A stretch of DNA of 64,000 bases from an uncultured delta proteobacterium (lineage in GTDB: Bacteria > Desulfobacterota > Desulfuromonadia > Geobacterales > DSM-12255), in the NCBI GenBank assembly GCA_963787125.1, contig CAWBBV010000001.1, forward strand, positions 128,001-192,000, written 5' to 3'. Shown piece after piece: positions 8,979 to 19,511 of this stretch. A model generated the notes under the pieces. It was not told the origin of the DNA and made no database searches. It saw nothing but the letters and a program-made list of their open reading frames with translations. The stretch's first letter is position 1; every line of letters begins with the position of its first letter. The translations under genes and the position numbers were made by a program.

Positions 8979-10823
8979 ATGGCCAGATTTTCTACATTGC
9001 CGATCCGCACCCAGCTGCTGATACTTGCGGTACTTTTGACGCTGCCCGCTTTGGGAATAATCGTCTATTCCGGCCTCAAAGTACGCGACTCTGACTACCG
9101 GAAAGCAGTAATTGAATCGCAGAAGCTTGCTGACATCCTGGTAGACAATCAGGAATATCTTGTCAGGGAGGCCAGACAACTCGGCAGATTATTAGCTGAA
9201 CTGCCTGAAATACTGAGTGGTCGGGGATCTAGCGTCCAGTCGCTGCTCTCTAATACCTTGAAAAATAACCCTCAATATCAGAACATTTTACTGGCAGATG
9301 CCGATGGTGGTGTCTGGGCCTCGGCAATTCCGTTAGATAAAGCCAAGAAAGTTTCTGTGGCTGACAGGGTCTATTTCGACAAAGCAAAGACAACGCTCCG
9401 TTTCTCTGCCGGTGAATATGCTGTCAGCAGGTCCACCGGCAAACCTACTTTCCATATTGCAAGCCCTCTGGTTTTTCACGGCAAATTTCACGGTGTTGTA
9501 GTCCTAAATATTGATCTGGATGAGATGCGTTCCATTCTCGGGCGGTTGCAACTGCCGGCAAACGCCAATTACGTCCTTGTTGACCAAAACGGCATCATTC
9601 TCAGCAGGGGCAGGGAACTAGGCGCAGCTGTCGGCAAATCGATCAATCTTGAAGACCTGAAGAAAATGGCAGCTGGTCCGGACAAGGACAGTTACGAATT
9701 CACACGCTCAGATGGCGAACGACGTATCGTTACCTACCGCAAACTCCGCCTTGAAAGGGAACAGGCGCCCTACATGTACGTCAGGGCCGGGATGTCCCTC
9801 AAAGAATCTGTTGCAGCTGCAAACCGCCAACTGTTTTATAACCTGGTGACACTGATACCGTTCGTAATCTCCGCTTTTGTGATTGTCGTTATTATCGGCA
9901 AAAAATCTATTGCTGATCGTGTTGAAAAGCTGCGGGAGGCCGCCCACAAAATTGCTGAAGGCAATCTTGACATCAGGGTTTACCCGCATGTCAGGGATGG
10001 TGAATTTGGTGAATTGGCACTGTCTTTTGATCACATGGCCAGCCGACTTGCCGACAATCTCGCCGAAATCAGGCAGGCTCAACATCAGATCAAAAGGCTG
10101 AATGCCGATCTTGAGCAAAAAGTTGCCAAGCGTACCGCCCAACTTGAAACCCTTGTAAAGGAGCACGAAGCTTTCAGTTATAGTGTTTCCCATGATTTGC
10201 GTGCCCCGCTGCGCCATATCAACGGGTTCAGTGCCATCCTGAGTGAAGAGCTTGGCAGCGAGGTCTCGCCGCAATGTCATGGTTACCTGCAGCGCATAAC
10301 TGCCGCCAGCAACAGAATGGGACGTTTAATCGATGATCTTCTGGAGTTGTCGCGGATTAACCGTGAACCGCTGAAACTGGAGAGGGTCAATTTGAGCGCT
10401 ATCGCCACTGAAATAGTTGCCATGTTGAGAGAAGCTGAGCCGGGGCGGGTTGTCGAAGTGATAGTTGCTGACAATCTCAAGGCATATGGAGATGCCTCCC
10501 TGCTGCATATTGCCCTGCAAAACCTGATTGACAACGCCTGGAAATACACCTGTAAACAGCCAGCGGCCAGAATTGAGCTGGGTATGAACAAGACTGCTGA
10601 TGAAGACGTATATTTCATCAAAGACAACGGCGCAGGTTTTGACATGGCTTACAAAGATAAACTGTTTGCCGCTTTCCATCGGCTCCATGGCAGTGAATAC
10701 GAGGGGACAGGCATAGGCCTTGCCACTGTTGAGAGGGTTATTTTGCGGCATGACGGAAAAATTTGGGCTGAAGGCACTGTTAATGAAGGCGCGACCTTCT
10801 ATTTCACCCTGCCACACAAATAA
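8979..10823 (+). CDS. Membrane sensor histidine kinase (Cache-HAMP-HisKA-HATPase)
   Basis: Two TM segments, SVSHDLRAPL H-box, NLIDNAWKY, DNGAGF, GTGIGLA. Confidence 0.92.
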   Translation: MARFSTLPIRTQLLILAVLLTLPALGIIVYSGLKVRDSDYRKAVIESQKLADILVDNQEYLVREARQLGRLLAELPEILSGRGSSVQSLLSNTLKNNPQYQNILLADADGGVWASAIPLDKAKKVSVADRVYFDKAKTTLRFSAGEYAVSRSTGKPTFHIASPLVFHGKFHGVVVLNIDLDEMRSILGRLQLPANANYVLVDQNGIILSRGRELGAAVGKSINLEDLKKMAAGPDKDSYEFTRSDGERRIVTYRKLRLEREQAPYMYVRAGMSLKESVAAANRQLFYNLVTLIPFVISAFVIVVIIGKKSIADRVEKLREAAHKIAEGNLDIRVYPHVRDGEFGELALSFDHMASRLADNLAEIRQAQHQIKRLNADLEQKVAKRTAQLETLVKEHEAFSYSVSHDLRAPLRHINGFSAILSEELGSEVSPQCHGYLQRITAASNRMGRLIDDLLELSRINREPLKLERVNLSAIATEIVAMLREAEPGRVVEVIVADNLKAYGDASLLHIALQNLIDNAWKYTCKQPAARIELGMNKTADEDVYFIKDNGAGFDMAYKDKLFAAFHRLHGSEYEGTGIGLATVERVILRHDGKIWAEGTVNEGATFYFTLPHK

Positions 10824-10844
10824 AAAAGACAACCACGGGAAACG

Positions 10845-12197
10845 ATGCAAGCTAATCCACCAACTGTAATCAGGCGCTCAAATCACAACATCTCCAGAAA
10901 TCTTCTCAGTCCCAATGCCTTGAGAATAATGTATCGGCTCCGCGACAACGGCTACACAGCCTTTCTTGTGGGGGGCTCAGTACGTGACCTTTTACTTGGG
11001 CGCACACCAAAGGATTTTGACCTGGCAACCGATGCAACTCCCGGAGAGATAAAAAAAGTTTTCAGAAATTGTCGCCTTATCGGTCGACGCTTCAGGCTGG
11101 CGCATATTCATTTCAAGGATGAAGTTATTGAGGTGGCAACTTTTCGCAAAGGTGAAGAGCAGCCTGCTGATCTGGAAGAAGTTGACGCGATATTTGATGA
11201 AATAGACAGCGAGCAACCGGATGAGCCACGCCGTAATCTCGGTCATCACCATAAAAGCGATGACGGAGTTCTGCTGCGCGACAACCTTTTCGGCACTCCT
11301 GAAGAGGATGCCTGGCGGCGTGATTTTACGGTAAATGCGCTTTCCTACAACATTGCCGACTTCTCGATCATCGACTATGTAGGCGGGATCGAAGATCTTG
11401 AACAGCGCCTTATCAGGACAATTGGAGAACCTTCAGCCAGACTGGCCGAGGATCCGGTAAGGATGCTCAGAGCAGTGCGTTTCGCCGCCCAGCTTGATTT
11501 TACGATAGAACATCACTGTTGGGAGGCAATGAGGGCGAATTCCAGTCGAATAACTCTTTCATCGCCTGCCAGACTCTTTGATGAAGTTGTCAAACTGCTC
11601 CTCTCCGGAGCCGCAGAAAAGTGCTGGCAACTTCTCTGCGCCAGCGGCCTTGCAGCGGCAATTTTCCCTGACTTTTCCGAGTGGATTGCCGCTAAAGAGA
11701 TTGACCCTTCACTTAATGCCTTTGCCTGGATTGATAAAGCGCTGCTGAGCGGCGAGACAGTTTCAACTTCGCTGCTGCTGGCACAATTTTTCGGTGACTA
11801 CCTGCTGGATCCAGAGAGAGGGAGGTTGCCGGAACATCTTCCGATTCAAGTCAAAATTGACCGGTCGCTGACGGATTTCATGAAAGAAACTGCCGGGAGG
11901 CTCGCCATCCCGCAGCGCACCGTGATGCGCCTCAGAGAGATTCTGCTACTGCAACAGCGGCTGCTGAAGATGCCGGGGCGAAAGCCGGACAACGTCATTA
12001 CCAGGCCTGCTTTTGCTGAGGCCGTCGCTTATCTGCGTTTCTGTTCCAGTAGCGATGCTACGCTGGGGAAAGCTGTCGGCTGGTGGGAGCGGTACTCATC
12101 AGGTCATAGCAACCCGGAAGCTCAGCTTCACAACGAAGAGCGCAGCAGCAGTAAAAGGCGCGGCAGGAGAAGACGGAAGGGAAAGGCATCTTTATAA
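10845..12197 (+). CDS. pcnB: Poly(A) polymerase I
   Basis: LVGGSVRDLLLG..PKDFD, IGRRFRLAH signature, RRDFTVNAL, Arg-rich tail. Confidence 0.92.
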   Translation: MQANPPTVIRRSNHNISRNLLSPNALRIMYRLRDNGYTAFLVGGSVRDLLLGRTPKDFDLATDATPGEIKKVFRNCRLIGRRFRLAHIHFKDEVIEVATFRKGEEQPADLEEVDAIFDEIDSEQPDEPRRNLGHHHKSDDGVLLRDNLFGTPEEDAWRRDFTVNALSYNIADFSIIDYVGGIEDLEQRLIRTIGEPSARLAEDPVRMLRAVRFAAQLDFTIEHHCWEAMRANSSRITLSSPARLFDEVVKLLLSGAAEKCWQLLCASGLAAAIFPDFSEWIAAKEIDPSLNAFAWIDKALLSGETVSTSLLLAQFFGDYLLDPERGRLPEHLPIQVKIDRSLTDFMKETAGRLAIPQRTVMRLREILLLQQRLLKMPGRKPDNVITRPAFAEAVAYLRFCSSSDATLGKAVGWWERYSSGHSNPEAQLHNEERSSSKRRGRRRRKGKASL

Positions 12198-12223
12198 CCG
12201 ATCATTTTGGCCGCAAATGGACC

Positions 12224-14047
12224 TCAATTTGAAAGTTGTGTCGCAATCCGTTCCGCCAATATTTTCGTCACCCCTTTTATCGCCACAAGTTCCTCACGAG
12301 AAGAACTTCTGATGCCCTGAACACTGCCGAACTTCTCCAACAGCCTTTTCTTGAGAACAGCGCCAACACCGCTTATCTGATCAAGCGCCGAATTAAGCGC
12401 TGTTTCACTGCGCAGCTTGCGATGATAAGTTATGGCAAAGCGGTGCGCTTCGTCCCGTATCCGGGCCAAGAGCAGCAGTGGCGCCGAATTCTGCCGCAGG
12501 ACAACCGGATTTTTTCTCCCGGGCAAAAAAACCCTCTCATCACTTTTTTCGATAAAGGTTTCGCTCATGCCGGTACTGACGCGGCTCTTGGCAAGACCAG
12601 CCAGATCTATCCCTGCAATCCCCAACTCCTCCATAACCGCCGACAGGATGCCGAGTTGGCCGATGCCACCATCCACAATAATCAGATCAGGCGGCTCTTC
12701 ACTGTTCTTAGCCGGATCGAACCGCCTCGCCAGAACCTCCCGCATCATGCCGAAATCATCGGCCTGGGCAACGCTTTTTATCCGGTAACGGCGATAACAG
12801 GATTTTTCAGGTTTCCCCTCACAAAACGTGACTTTGCTACCGACTGCATCTTTCCCCTGGATGTTTGAAATGTCGTAACACTCGATCCGCCGGGGAGTTT
12901 TTTTCAGGTGCAGACGTTCCTGCAGTTCACTGAGGGTAGTGCCGCTTTCTTCTGCCTTTTTCTGCCGTTCCAGCGCCGTATTTTCGGCATTTTTGACCGC
13001 CATTTTTGCCAACTCCAGCTTAGCACCGCGCAACGGGCAGCTGATGGCGACCTTTTTGCCACGTTTTTCTGAAAGAAGCTCCGCAATTACCTCGCACCCC
13101 GGAACACGGCAGGATAGCAGAATTTCATCAGGAATGATGACCTCGCCGCTGTAGTAACCGGTCAAAAATGACGCGGCCCCCTCTTCAGTCTCCAGCTCCC
13201 ATTCCAGCAGATAATTTCTGCTCCCCAGCATCAGGCCGTTACGGATAAAAAGGAGACTGATCTGAAGATGCTCTCCCAGCGGCACCACCCCGATCACATC
13301 GGTATCACCGCCGCTCGAAGCCACCTTCTGCTTCTCCACCGTCTTTTCGATAGAGTTGATCAGATCACGGCAGCGACCGGCCTCTTCATACTCCTGCCGC
13401 TCTGCCGCCGCAGCCATCCGCTCTCGGCAGATTCTGACAATCTCCCGGTTGCGGCCGGAGAGGAACAGCGTAGCGCCCTCGACCAGACCGGAATACTCCT
13501 GAGACGAAATCTTGCCAAAACAGGGGGCTGAGCACTGTTTCAGCTGATAATACAGACAGGGACGCTTACGCTGCAGACAGCTTTTCAGAGGGTAATGCCG
13601 CAACGGAAACAGGCGGCAAAGTTCTTTCAGCACCTCCCTGGCAGCAGTGGCCGAAGAGTACGGCCCGAAATATCTGGCTCCGTCTCGCTGGACTTTGCGA
13701 ATGATTGCTATCCGGGGGAACTCCTCTGCCGGGTCAAGGCGGAGGGAAAAGTAGGTTTTGTCGTCTCGCAGGCTCAGGTTATAGCGCGGCCGGTGTTCTT
13801 TAATCAGATTATTTTCAAGGATCAGCGCCTCTTTTTCAGTATCGGTGACAAGCCAATCGATGGTTTCTACTCGAGCCATCAGAAAGCGGATCTGATAGCG
13901 GGAGTCGCCGGACCGGTTAAAGTAGGAACTGACGCGCTTCTTCAGGTTAATGGCTTTGCCGACATAGATTATCTTGCCGCTGCCATTCTTCATGAGATAG
14001 ACCCCCGGAGAGGTCGGAAAATGTCTGATTGAATCTATCGAGAGCAT
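12224..14047 (-). CDS. uvrC: Excinuclease ABC subunit C
   Basis: PGVYLMK..IIYVGKA, IECYDIS, DGGIGQ, RDEAHRFA, HhH. Confidence 0.96.
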   Translation of the reverse strand: MLSIDSIRHFPTSPGVYLMKNGSGKIIYVGKAINLKKRVSSYFNRSGDSRYQIRFLMARVETIDWLVTDTEKEALILENNLIKEHRPRYNLSLRDDKTYFSLRLDPAEEFPRIAIIRKVQRDGARYFGPYSSATAAREVLKELCRLFPLRHYPLKSCLQRKRPCLYYQLKQCSAPCFGKISSQEYSGLVEGATLFLSGRNREIVRICRERMAAAAERQEYEEAGRCRDLINSIEKTVEKQKVASSGGDTDVIGVVPLGEHLQISLLFIRNGLMLGSRNYLLEWELETEEGAASFLTGYYSGEVIIPDEILLSCRVPGCEVIAELLSEKRGKKVAISCPLRGAKLELAKMAVKNAENTALERQKKAEESGTTLSELQERLHLKKTPRRIECYDISNIQGKDAVGSKVTFCEGKPEKSCYRRYRIKSVAQADDFGMMREVLARRFDPAKNSEEPPDLIIVDGGIGQLGILSAVMEELGIAGIDLAGLAKSRVSTGMSETFIEKSDERVFLPGRKNPVVLRQNSAPLLLLARIRDEAHRFAITYHRKLRSETALNSALDQISGVGAVLKKRLLEKFGSVQGIRSSSREELVAIKGVTKILAERIATQLSN

Positions 14048-14191
14048 ACCTGAATATAGAAGCAGATCATGTTTCTTGAAAGTTTTTTCTGAACGGTTAT
14101 TTAGTTGAATCAAAAAACTTCGATTTGGCATAATGCCGAAGATATGGACTTTCTTATCCTTGAATTCAACCGCTTTTACAGGGGGAATTTT

Positions 14192-15102
14192 ATGCGACTT
14201 TTAACCCGTTCCGACTTTGACGGAATCTGCTGTGCCGTGCTTCTCAAGGAGCTTGGCCTTATGGACGAGATGGTGTATGCCCATCCCAAGGATCTTCAGG
14301 ACGGCAAAATTGTCGCCGGCAAAAACGATATCCTTGCCAATGTCCCTTACGTACCGGGTTGCGGACTCTGGTTCGACCATCACTCCAGCGAGCAGGAGCG
14401 ACTTCAGCTTGCCGGAAGATATGAAGGCAAGAGTACCCTTGCTCCTAGTGCGGCACGGGTAATTTATGACTATTACGCATCCGACTAAGCTGGCAAGATT
14501 CAGTGAAATGCTTCATTTCGTTGACAAAGTCGACTCGGCAAATCTTATCGGAAGACGAAATCCTGAATCCGACCGGCTGGATACTGCTTGGCTTCATCTG
14601 TGATCCGCGAACCGGTCTCGGTTATCACAAAGATTACCGGATCAGCAACCTTGCTTTCATGGGAGAGCTGGTCGACCATATCAGGACAAAAAGCATTGAC
14701 GAAATCCTTGCCCTGCCTGACACCAAAGAGCGCATTGCCATCTACCTGGAAAACGATCAACTGGCACGCGAGTTCATCAAGAGTCATTCCTATATTGACG
14801 GTTCAGTTCTTGTTACAGATGCCAGAGGGGTTGCCGAATTGCCGCCCTCAAACCGCTTTCTTGTTTATTCGCTGTTCCCTGAGACAAACATCTCCGTAAG
14901 ACTTATTGACGGCAAAGGCAAAGAATTCGTCTCCATTTCTCTCGGCTACAGCATTCTCAACCGGACTGCCACCATTGACGTCGGCTCCTTGATGCTGAAA
15001 TACGGAGGTGGCGGCCATAAAGCTGTCGGTACTTGCCAGATACCTTACAATATGGCTGATCTGGTCTTGAAAGAAATCATCACGGTTTGCAACACGAACT
15101 GA
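14192..15102 (+). pseudogene. DHH-family phosphoesterase (exopolyphosphatase/nanoRNase-like) with two 1-bp insertions
   Basis: MRLLTRSDFDG...HPKDLQDG...FDHH...GGGGH; removing one base near 14486 and one near 14547 gives continuous YASDKLARFSEMLHFVDKVDSANLSEDEILNP. Confidence 0.8.
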
Positions 15103-15114
15103 GCAGGGGACAAG

Positions 15115-15558
15115 ATGCAACCGATTAATGCGTTTGACGATTTTACCAGAAATATCACCTACAGGGTCTTTCGTTGCGAAGACCAAATAACGCTGACCGC
15201 AACCATGAAAGACGTATTCCATGATATTCTTCTGGAGGTTCAAGTAGATCCTGAAAATATGAAAATCTGTTCGGCGCAGGTTAATTTTTCAAAACATCCC
15301 AGCGAATTCTGCCCGCAGATTGACATTGCCATGGCAAAGTTGGTTGGGACCGTAATCGGTAAAGGGATGACCAGAAAACTGGTCGATATTTTTGGTGGTC
15401 GCGAAGGCTGCGGCAATATCCGGACATTACTGCTGGGGCTGCTGCCGTTGGCACTGAATGCCAGGGCTGCACAAGGTATCAGCAATCAGGATGAGATGCT
15501 TGACAAGATCCGCAAAGAGCTGACAGGTACCTGTATCGGATATCCAATAAACGTTTGA
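15115..15558 (+). CDS. DUF2889-like protein
   Basis: D.FHDI, HP..FCP, GGREGC, TGTC motifs. Confidence 0.65.
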   Translation: MQPINAFDDFTRNITYRVFRCEDQITLTATMKDVFHDILLEVQVDPENMKICSAQVNFSKHPSEFCPQIDIAMAKLVGTVIGKGMTRKLVDIFGGREGCGNIRTLLLGLLPLALNARAAQGISNQDEMLDKIRKELTGTCIGYPINV

Positions 15559-15611
15559 TGGAATTTTTAGTTGACATGACTCGTCACGAATGGTAAATAA
15601 CAAAACTTCAT

Positions 15612-15687
15612 TCCCCATTAGCTCAGTCGGTAGAGCAGGTGACTGTTAATCACCTTGTCCGTGGTTCAAGTCCGCGATGGGGAGCCA
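15612..15687 (+). tRNA. tRNA-Asn(GTT)
   Basis: 76 nt cloverleaf, GACTGTTAATC anticodon arm, TTCAAGT T-loop, CCA end. Confidence 0.97.
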
Positions 15688-15695
15688 TAAAAATC

Positions 15696-15730
15696 AAGGG
15701 CTTAGCCAGTAATGGTTAAGCCCTTTTTTT
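15696..15730 (+). terminator. Intrinsic terminator after tRNA-Asn
   Basis: aagggcttagcca...tggttaagcccttttttt. Confidence 0.8.
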
Positions 15731-15835
15731 ATTGTGCAGTGACGGGTTCTGTAAGATATAATTTGTTTACATTGAATCAACTCAGCAGCATCTTCGAAGG
15801 GTAGGGTTCCAAACTACCGAAAAGCGGAGGGCACT

Positions 15836-18748
15836 TTGGACACTTTTACTGCTTTTTTGAATAATGCGGCATTGATGCTTATTCTTTGCGTCATTTATGA
15901 CACATTTAACATCAATTCAATTCCAAACAAAAAAAATCTGCGCGACACTCTGACTGGAGTCCTGGTTGGGCTCATCTGCATCGCCGTTATGCTAAACCCC
16001 TGGTCTCTTGAAAAGGGTCTGTATTTCGATACCAGATGGGTGCTTCTCAGCCTGTGCGGCCTTTATTTCGGTCTTATTCCAACGATGTTTGCGGTAGTAA
16101 TTGCCGGAGCATTCCGGCTTTACCAGGGTGGTCCAGGGGGGATAGTCGGGACTGTTGTGATTGTCGTAACTGCCTGTGTGGGTCTTGTCTGGAAATATTG
16201 GCACGACAAAGGCAATAAACCTCTAAGTTGGCTTCAGCTATACTTATTCGGCATTGTTGTCCAATTGGCAATGCTCTCCTGCATCTTCCTCTTTCCAGCT
16301 GATTTGCGCAATACCATCCTCAAGACTACAGCTCTTCCAATCCTGCTCATCTACCCTGTCCTCACTACGATTATCGGCCTCATCTTAAAGGAGCAAGCGG
16401 ATCGCAGACGCGCTGACAAGGAACGCCTCTACTCAATATCTCTCGCCACAGCCGCGCTGGAATCGACTCCGGAAGGGATCCTGATAATTAACCGGGAGGG
16501 AAAGATCTCTCGCTGGAACCAGAAATTTGTCGAACTTTGGAATGTTCCGCAGCATCTTCTTGATACTACACTCAAAAACCCGGTGCTCGCCTACGCCAGC
16601 TCACAGATGGCCGACCCTGAAAAATTTCTGGCTAAAGCCACAGAACTGCACGAGCACCCGGATAAATCGTGTGCCGACACGCTCAACCTTACCGATGGCC
16701 GGATTTTCAGTCTTTACTCACAGCCACAGAAAATCGGCGCTGAAATTGTGGGCCGCTTCTGGTCATTCCAAGATATCACCGAGCACAAGCGCGCTGAAGA
16801 GATTCTTCGCTCGAGTGAGTCCAAATTCCGCTCAATAGTGGAAACATCCCAGGATTGGATTTGGGAGATGGATTTGTCAGGGAAACACACTTTCTCCAAT
16901 GCACGTGCTTCGGATATTCTTGGTTACAGTTTAACTGACATCCTTTCAATTGATTTACTGGAATTGGTTCACCAGGAAGACCGTGAGGAGATTATAGCCA
17001 GATTACCGCAACTGATTGCAAAGAAAAGCGGTTGGCATGGCTGGGTCTTGCGTTGGCGACATAAAGACGGGAGCTGTAGAGTTCTGGAAAGTACTGCCAA
17101 TCCTGTCCTTAATGAGTCGGGCGAACTCGTCGGGTTTCGAGGAGTCGACAGAGACATTACTGAGGGCAAAAAGGCTGAAAAGACGCTCCAGGAAAGTAAA
17201 GATCTTCTTGCAGAAATAATCGAACTGAGTCCAATCTCCATGGCTATAGTCAGCATGGACGGAACTATCGAGCAAATCAATCGCCGGGCGATTGAAACAT
17301 TCGGATATTCCCACGATGATATTCCGAGTATGGAGCGATGGTGGATACAGGCATACCCTGATGAATCCTACCGTGCCGAAGTATTCGCTCAATGGATGGG
17401 TCTTATTGGAAAAGCAATAGCAGAAAAGAGCGAAATCGAACGCCGCGAGTACCGGGTCAGCTGCAAGGACGGGACGGTCAGGATGGCACTCATCTATGGC
17501 ATACTGGTCGCGGACAAAGTTTTCGTCATATTTGACGACATCACCGACCGCAAGCTTGCCGAAGCAGACCGACTGGCTCTTGAGCGCCATCAACTCCAAG
17601 CCCAGAAGCTGGAAAGTCTCGGCGTCCTGGCCGGTGGCATCGCCCACGACTTCAATAACATTCTTACCGCAATTATGGGGAACATCTCTTACGCCAAAAT
17701 GGATCTCGATGAATCGCAGCCTGCAAGCGAACCGTTGGCAAGGGCCGAAAAGGCAGTGAAAAGGGCAGCCAGGCTTGCCAACCAGTTGCTCGTATTCGCC
17801 AAAGGCGGAGATCCAGTAAAGAAATCCATCTCCGTTCACAGTATCGTGCATGACACTGTCTCCCTTACGCTGAGCGGGACCAATATTCAGGCGGTCATCG
17901 ATCTGCCGGCTGACCTGTATGCGGTCAATGCCGATGAAGGGCAGATTAGCCAGGCATTTCACAATATAATCATTAATGCCGTGCAGGCGATGCCCGATGG
18001 TGGCAGTTTTACCATCTCCGCCAATAATGTTGCCATTAACGAGAATAACAACCTGAATCTTTCTGCCGGTGATTATGTGCAGATATCTTTTACAGACGAG
18101 GGCCTCGGCATTGCGGCTGAACAAGTAGGGAGAATTTTCGATCCCTACTTTACAACCAAAGCAGATGGAAGCGGTTTAGGGTTGGCATCAACATATGCCA
18201 TCATCAAAAAACACTTCGGCAATATTTCTGTCAGTTCATCGCCTGGTAAGGGTACGACCTTTAAAATTCTTATCCCCGCTTGCGGAGAACCCGTAACTGA
18301 AGATTTGAAAGAGGCTCATGTCCCTGAAAATGCACAACGGGACTATTCTATCCTGGTAATGGATGATGACGAAATGGTCAGAGAATTGGCCGAAATCACC
18401 CTGAAACGCTTGAATTATACGGTTGTCTGTTGCAATAACGGCTCTGAAGCCGTCTCCCTGTACCGGTCGGCCAGAGAGAGAGGCATGCCGTTTTCTTTTG
18501 TTATAATGGATCTTACTATCCAGGGAGGAATGGGAGGGGTTGAGGCAGCCAAACAGATACTTGCTTTTGACCCGGAAGCGCAACTGATCGTTTCCAGCGG
18601 CTATTCGGCTGATCCGGTCATGGCCAACTTTTCTGACTACGGCTTTTGCGCCTCACTGGAAAAACCTTACGATGTCGAGGAAATTTCCAGGATTTTACAA
18701 AGGACTCAGCGATCACCAGCGATAAAATCTGCATCAACAAAAAAATAG
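15836..18748 (+). CDS. Hybrid sensor kinase (5TM LytS-like, three PAS, HisKA, HATPase, REC)
   Basis: FDTR 5TM motif, PAS/PAC repeats, GGIAHDFNN, FTTK..GSGLGL, C-terminal receiver. Confidence 0.9.
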   Translation: MDTFTAFLNNAALMLILCVIYDTFNINSIPNKKNLRDTLTGVLVGLICIAVMLNPWSLEKGLYFDTRWVLLSLCGLYFGLIPTMFAVVIAGAFRLYQGGPGGIVGTVVIVVTACVGLVWKYWHDKGNKPLSWLQLYLFGIVVQLAMLSCIFLFPADLRNTILKTTALPILLIYPVLTTIIGLILKEQADRRRADKERLYSISLATAALESTPEGILIINREGKISRWNQKFVELWNVPQHLLDTTLKNPVLAYASSQMADPEKFLAKATELHEHPDKSCADTLNLTDGRIFSLYSQPQKIGAEIVGRFWSFQDITEHKRAEEILRSSESKFRSIVETSQDWIWEMDLSGKHTFSNARASDILGYSLTDILSIDLLELVHQEDREEIIARLPQLIAKKSGWHGWVLRWRHKDGSCRVLESTANPVLNESGELVGFRGVDRDITEGKKAEKTLQESKDLLAEIIELSPISMAIVSMDGTIEQINRRAIETFGYSHDDIPSMERWWIQAYPDESYRAEVFAQWMGLIGKAIAEKSEIERREYRVSCKDGTVRMALIYGILVADKVFVIFDDITDRKLAEADRLALERHQLQAQKLESLGVLAGGIAHDFNNILTAIMGNISYAKMDLDESQPASEPLARAEKAVKRAARLANQLLVFAKGGDPVKKSISVHSIVHDTVSLTLSGTNIQAVIDLPADLYAVNADEGQISQAFHNIIINAVQAMPDGGSFTISANNVAINENNNLNLSAGDYVQISFTDEGLGIAAEQVGRIFDPYFTTKADGSGLGLASTYAIIKKHFGNISVSSSPGKGTTFKILIPACGEPVTEDLKEAHVPENAQRDYSILVMDDDEMVRELAEITLKRLNYTVVCCNNGSEAVSLYRSARERGMPFSFVIMDLTIQGGMGGVEAAKQILAFDPEAQLIVSSGYSADPVMANFSDYGFCASLEKPYDVEEISRILQRTQRSPAIKSASTKK

Positions 18749-18776
18749 GCACTCACGTCGGTAGCGTGAGTGCCTA
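18746..18776. terminator. Hairpin/terminator between convergent kinase gene and tRNA-Phe
   Basis: taggcactcacg...cgtgagtgccta with an A-run on the left (T-tract on minus strand). Confidence 0.75.
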
Positions 18777-18793
18777 TAAATACTGGTAAAAAG

Positions 18794-18869
18794 TGGTGCC
18801 CGGGGACGGAATCGAACCGCCGACACGAGGATTTTCAATCCTCTGCTCTACCGACTGAGCTACCCGGGC
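18794..18869 (-). tRNA. tRNA-Phe(GAA)
   Basis: Reverse complement GCCCGGGTAGCTCAGTCGGTAGAGCAGAGGATTGAAAATCCTC...CACCA, 76 nt. Confidence 0.97.
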
Positions 18870-18933
18870 GAAAAGAATAATCTTTATACTATTCAGGCGG
18901 GCCAGATGTCAAACTTTTTCTTACAGGCCCCTT

Positions 18934-19497
18934 TTATGCTCTTGAAATAAAGCGGCCATCACGGGTATCAATCTTTACCTTCTCGCCTGACTCAAGGTAC
19001 GGTGGCACCCTTACCTTCAAACCTGTCTCAAGAATTGCCTCTTTTGTTTCAGCAGTCGCCGTTGCGTTCTTCATGGAAGGGGGCGTCTCTGTGACAGTCA
19101 GTTCGACAATCATCGGCAGGTCTACATTGATCATTCTCCCTTCAAAAAGGCCGAGCTGAACTTCTGCCCCCTCAAGCAGGTAGGGTGAAACCAGGGAAAA
19201 ACTCTCCGCAGCCATTTCGAACTGCTCATAGTTCTCAAGATCCATAAAGACACCGCCGTCGCCGTCAGCATAAAGAAACTGCCCCTTGTGACGTTCGAAA
19301 TCAGCTTCGTCAACCTTGTCGCCGGATCGGAAAGTTCTGTCAAGCACCTGTCCGGTGATCAGATTCTTGTATTTGGTCTTGACCATGGTATTGGCCCCGC
19401 GGGCAGTGGGTGACTGAACGGTTACATCGGTGAGCATGCAGGGCGCGCCGTCCAGCTGGATGATGAGCCCTTTTTTAAAATCTGACGTTGTAAACAT
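18934..19497 (-). CDS. efpL: Elongation factor P-like protein (EfpL/YeiP type)
   Basis: EF-P fold sequence with tip loop QSPTARG rather than KPGKG. Confidence 0.8.
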   Translation of the reverse strand: MFTTSDFKKGLIIQLDGAPCMLTDVTVQSPTARGANTMVKTKYKNLITGQVLDRTFRSGDKVDEADFERHKGQFLYADGDGGVFMDLENYEQFEMAAESFSLVSPYLLEGAEVQLGLFEGRMINVDLPMIVELTVTETPPSMKNATATAETKEAILETGLKVRVPPYLESGEKVKIDTRDGRFISRA

Positions 19498-19511
19498 TTA
19501 TTAACTGCTCC

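Noticed and set aside
14461..14560. Programmed frameshift or readthrough in the DHH gene
   Set aside because: Two separate +1 events would be required and no slippery sequence is evident
15688..15835. Prophage or ICE attachment site after tRNA-Asn
   Set aside because: No integrase and no duplicated tRNA 3' end found in the window
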